From contig CBDCGL010000011.1 of assembly GCA_965216755.1 (NCBI GenBank), positions 2,720,001 to 2,784,000 on the forward strand: a stretch of DNA of 64,000 nucleotides, written 5' to 3'. Each line of letters opens with the position of its first letter. Position 1 is the stretch's first letter. Made by a program: the position numbers and the translations under genes. Shown here one piece after another: positions 61,774 through 64,000 of the stretch. This stretch comes from Alphaproteobacteria bacterium (GTDB lineage Bacteria; Pseudomonadota; Alphaproteobacteria; UBA7887). A model generated the notes under the pieces. That model was not told the DNA's origin and made no database searches. It saw only the letters and a list, made by a program, of their open reading frames with translations.

Positions 61774-63933
61774 ATGTACCGCGCCGACATACCGCCGATA
61801 CTGCCAATGGTGCGCGCGCTATGGCTGGCCGTTGCCTGCACCGTTTGGGCTGGCATCGCCCACGCCGGCATGGACGATCCGCTGGCGCAACGCCTGACAC
61901 CCGACGTGCTGGATTACGCTTTTCCCGGAGCCGAAGATTTAGGCGAGAACCTTGACGGCGACGTCCCTGCCGTCGAAGTGCTGATCGACGAAACCGTGGC
62001 CGGCTATATCGTTTCGACATTCGATACCGTGCCATCGGCGGGATTTGCGGGCGAACCATTCGACATTGTGGTCGGGCTTGATCTGAGGGGGCGTGTGCGC
62101 GGCTTGGTGCTGCTGGAACATCACGAGCCGATCATCGGCCCGAGCATGATTCGGGCTGAACTGGTTCAAGCTTTCCTGGACCAGTTGGAGAATTTTGCGG
62201 TCGTTCGTTCGTTGCGCTCCAAACGGCGCAAGGTTGACGCGGTTTCCGGCGCCACGGTGAGCTCCAAATTGATGCTCAGTGCGTCAGTTTCGGCCGGCCG
62301 CAAGATCGCGCAAGCCACCGGGATCGTGCCCGCGACCAGCGCCACCGCGCTGGCGCCCGACGTCGACACTGCCGTGCGGCAGGGTTGGCACCAAATGGTC
62401 GCCAACGGCGATATCGCCGCGCTGGAGCTGACCAATGCCGATGTCGCCGCGGCTTTCGACAACACGGCCGGCACGCTCAGGCTCGGTGCCCCGGACGACA
62501 TGTTTGTCACCATTTACCTCACCATGGCGACGCCGCGCGCGATTGGCGGTAATCTGTTTGGCGACCGCTGGCAGAACTTCATGCTCAGCCAAACCGAGGC
62601 CGGCGACCAAGTGATCGTGATCGCCGCCCATGGTGAATATGACGCGTTTGGCAGCACCGGCACGTTCTCCAACCAGTTCGACCTTATTCGCATTGTCCAG
62701 GGCGACAAGACCATCGCGCTCAGCCGTGACGACAAGCTGGCGCACACGGCGATCCGCTTGCGCGACGCCCCACGGCCCATGGAACATGCCCTGTTCAAGG
62801 TCGGGCCCAAACAAGGCTTCGATCCGTTTCAACCATGGTCGCTGAAATTGCTTGTGACGCCGGGCGCGGTCGGGCTGGCGCGGGATGCGGCCCCGGCGGT
62901 ATTCGAACGGCGGTATCGCATTCCGGCAGCCTATGTGGTCGGCAATGAGTTTGCCTTGGAAGACGCGGGTTTCAAAACGCCAAACTATGTGATGTTCGGT
63001 CTGTTGCGTGAAAGCCTGCTGACCGACTGGCAGCGGGAATGGGTGGCGCGCGCCGGCGACATCGGCATTTTGGCTGTCATGTTGGCCGTGCTGACCTTGG
63101 TGCTGGTGTTCCAGAACACAATTTCCCAAAGCCGGCGGCTGCATACCACCGTGCGTTTGGTGTTTCTTGTGGCGATGCTTGGTTGGTTGGGTTGGCTTAA
63201 GGATGCGCAGCTGACCAGCATCAATATCATAGCCTATTTTCAGGCATTTTTTGAGGACTTGGATCCGGCCTTGTTCTTGCTCGATCCGCTGATTTTCATT
63301 TTGTCGGTATATGTCGGCGTGACCTTGTTGTTGTGGGGGCGCGGCGTGTTTTGCGGTTGGCTGTGCCCGTTCGGCGCCCTGCAGGAACTGCTGAACAAGT
63401 TCGCGCGTTTGGTCCGCATGCCGCAGGTGCAAATTGGCGAAGCGCTGCAGGAACGGTTGTGGGCGGTAAAATATGTGGTGGTGGCGGTGGTTTTTGGCCT
63501 CGCTTTTTTCTCCATGGACGCGGCGATTAAAGCCGCCGAGGTGGAACCCTTCAAGACCGCCATAATCGTACCCTTCGACCGCAGTTGGCCGTACCTCGCC
63601 TATGTTGGCGTGCTGTTGGTGATCGGGCTCAGTATAGAGCGTTTTTTCTGCCGTTTCTTGTGCCCGCTGGGCGGCGCGCTCAGCTTGCTCGGCCGCGCCC
63701 GGTTGTTGCATTGGCTCAGACGCCGGCCGCAATGCGGCAATCCGTGCCGCATCTGCCGCCACTCCTGCCCGGTCGGTGCCATTCGCGAAAACGGCGTCAT
63801 CGACATGAACGAGTGCTTTCAGTGCCTGGATTGCCAGGTTGATTACCTTGACACCCATGTCTGCCCACCCCTGGTCGCCGCCCACAAGCGCGCCGCCCGC
63901 CCGCGTGCCACTCCCGGTCCGGTGGTGGCGTGA
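61774..63933 (+). CDS. NosR/NirI-family flavinylated membrane Fe-S protein
   Basis: HHEPI, FMN-attachment VDAVSGATVSS, GRGVFCGWLCPFGALQE, FCRFLCPLG, C..C...C...CP and ECFQCLDCQ. Confidence 0.9.
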   Translation: MYRADIPPILPMVRALWLAVACTVWAGIAHAGMDDPLAQRLTPDVLDYAFPGAEDLGENLDGDVPAVEVLIDETVAGYIVSTFDTVPSAGFAGEPFDIVVGLDLRGRVRGLVLLEHHEPIIGPSMIRAELVQAFLDQLENFAVVRSLRSKRRKVDAVSGATVSSKLMLSASVSAGRKIAQATGIVPATSATALAPDVDTAVRQGWHQMVANGDIAALELTNADVAAAFDNTAGTLRLGAPDDMFVTIYLTMATPRAIGGNLFGDRWQNFMLSQTEAGDQVIVIAAHGEYDAFGSTGTFSNQFDLIRIVQGDKTIALSRDDKLAHTAIRLRDAPRPMEHALFKVGPKQGFDPFQPWSLKLLVTPGAVGLARDAAPAVFERRYRIPAAYVVGNEFALEDAGFKTPNYVMFGLLRESLLTDWQREWVARAGDIGILAVMLAVLTLVLVFQNTISQSRRLHTTVRLVFLVAMLGWLGWLKDAQLTSINIIAYFQAFFEDLDPALFLLDPLIFILSVYVGVTLLLWGRGVFCGWLCPFGALQELLNKFARLVRMPQVQIGEALQERLWAVKYVVVAVVFGLAFFSMDAAIKAAEVEPFKTAIIVPFDRSWPYLAYVGVLLVIGLSIERFFCRFLCPLGGALSLLGRARLLHWLRRRPQCGNPCRICRHSCPVGAIRENGVIDMNECFQCLDCQVDYLDTHVCPPLVAAHKRAARPRATPGPVVA

Positions 63934-64000
63934 CGTGACGTCCGCCGGCTAAGCCGCCGCCGTCGGGGCCAGGGTTTCGCCGCGCCACAGGCGGCTGAGG

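Noticed and set aside
62284-63885. 533-aa minus-strand ORF
   Set aside because: Antisense shadow of the NosR-like gene.

Overview
This is a GC-rich chromosomal window, most likely alphaproteobacterial (GTTC-N7-GTTC LexA boxes, imuABC). The left 35 kb is host DNA. It holds imuA-imuB-dnaE2 with a LexA box, four Fe(II)/2OG-type dioxygenases, a multidomain caspase-like protease, a close acetylene-hydratase homologue, an adenylate cyclase-TPR protein, a catabolic cluster with a Liv-type ABC importer, regulators and a SoxYZ-like carrier. Bases 35670-59721 form a ~24 kb integrative mobilizable element inserted at the 3' end of tRNA-Arg(CCG) and bounded by a TGGCGCACC direct repeat. Its large serine recombinase gene appears split by its own att site: joining the two ends gives the enzyme a different C-terminus and couples it (ATGA) to mobC-relaxase, downstream of a LexA box. 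The cargo includes a tightly packed operon (RHH regulator, PaeR7I-type R-M, SIR2, HerA, HEPN-motif protein), a Lit-like HExxH protease, and unknown genes separated by three copies of a structured repeat with compensatory changes. The right end has an ABC ATPase, a zinc-finger protein and a NosR/NirI-like protein. All family calls come from motif recognition by eye; no searches were run.
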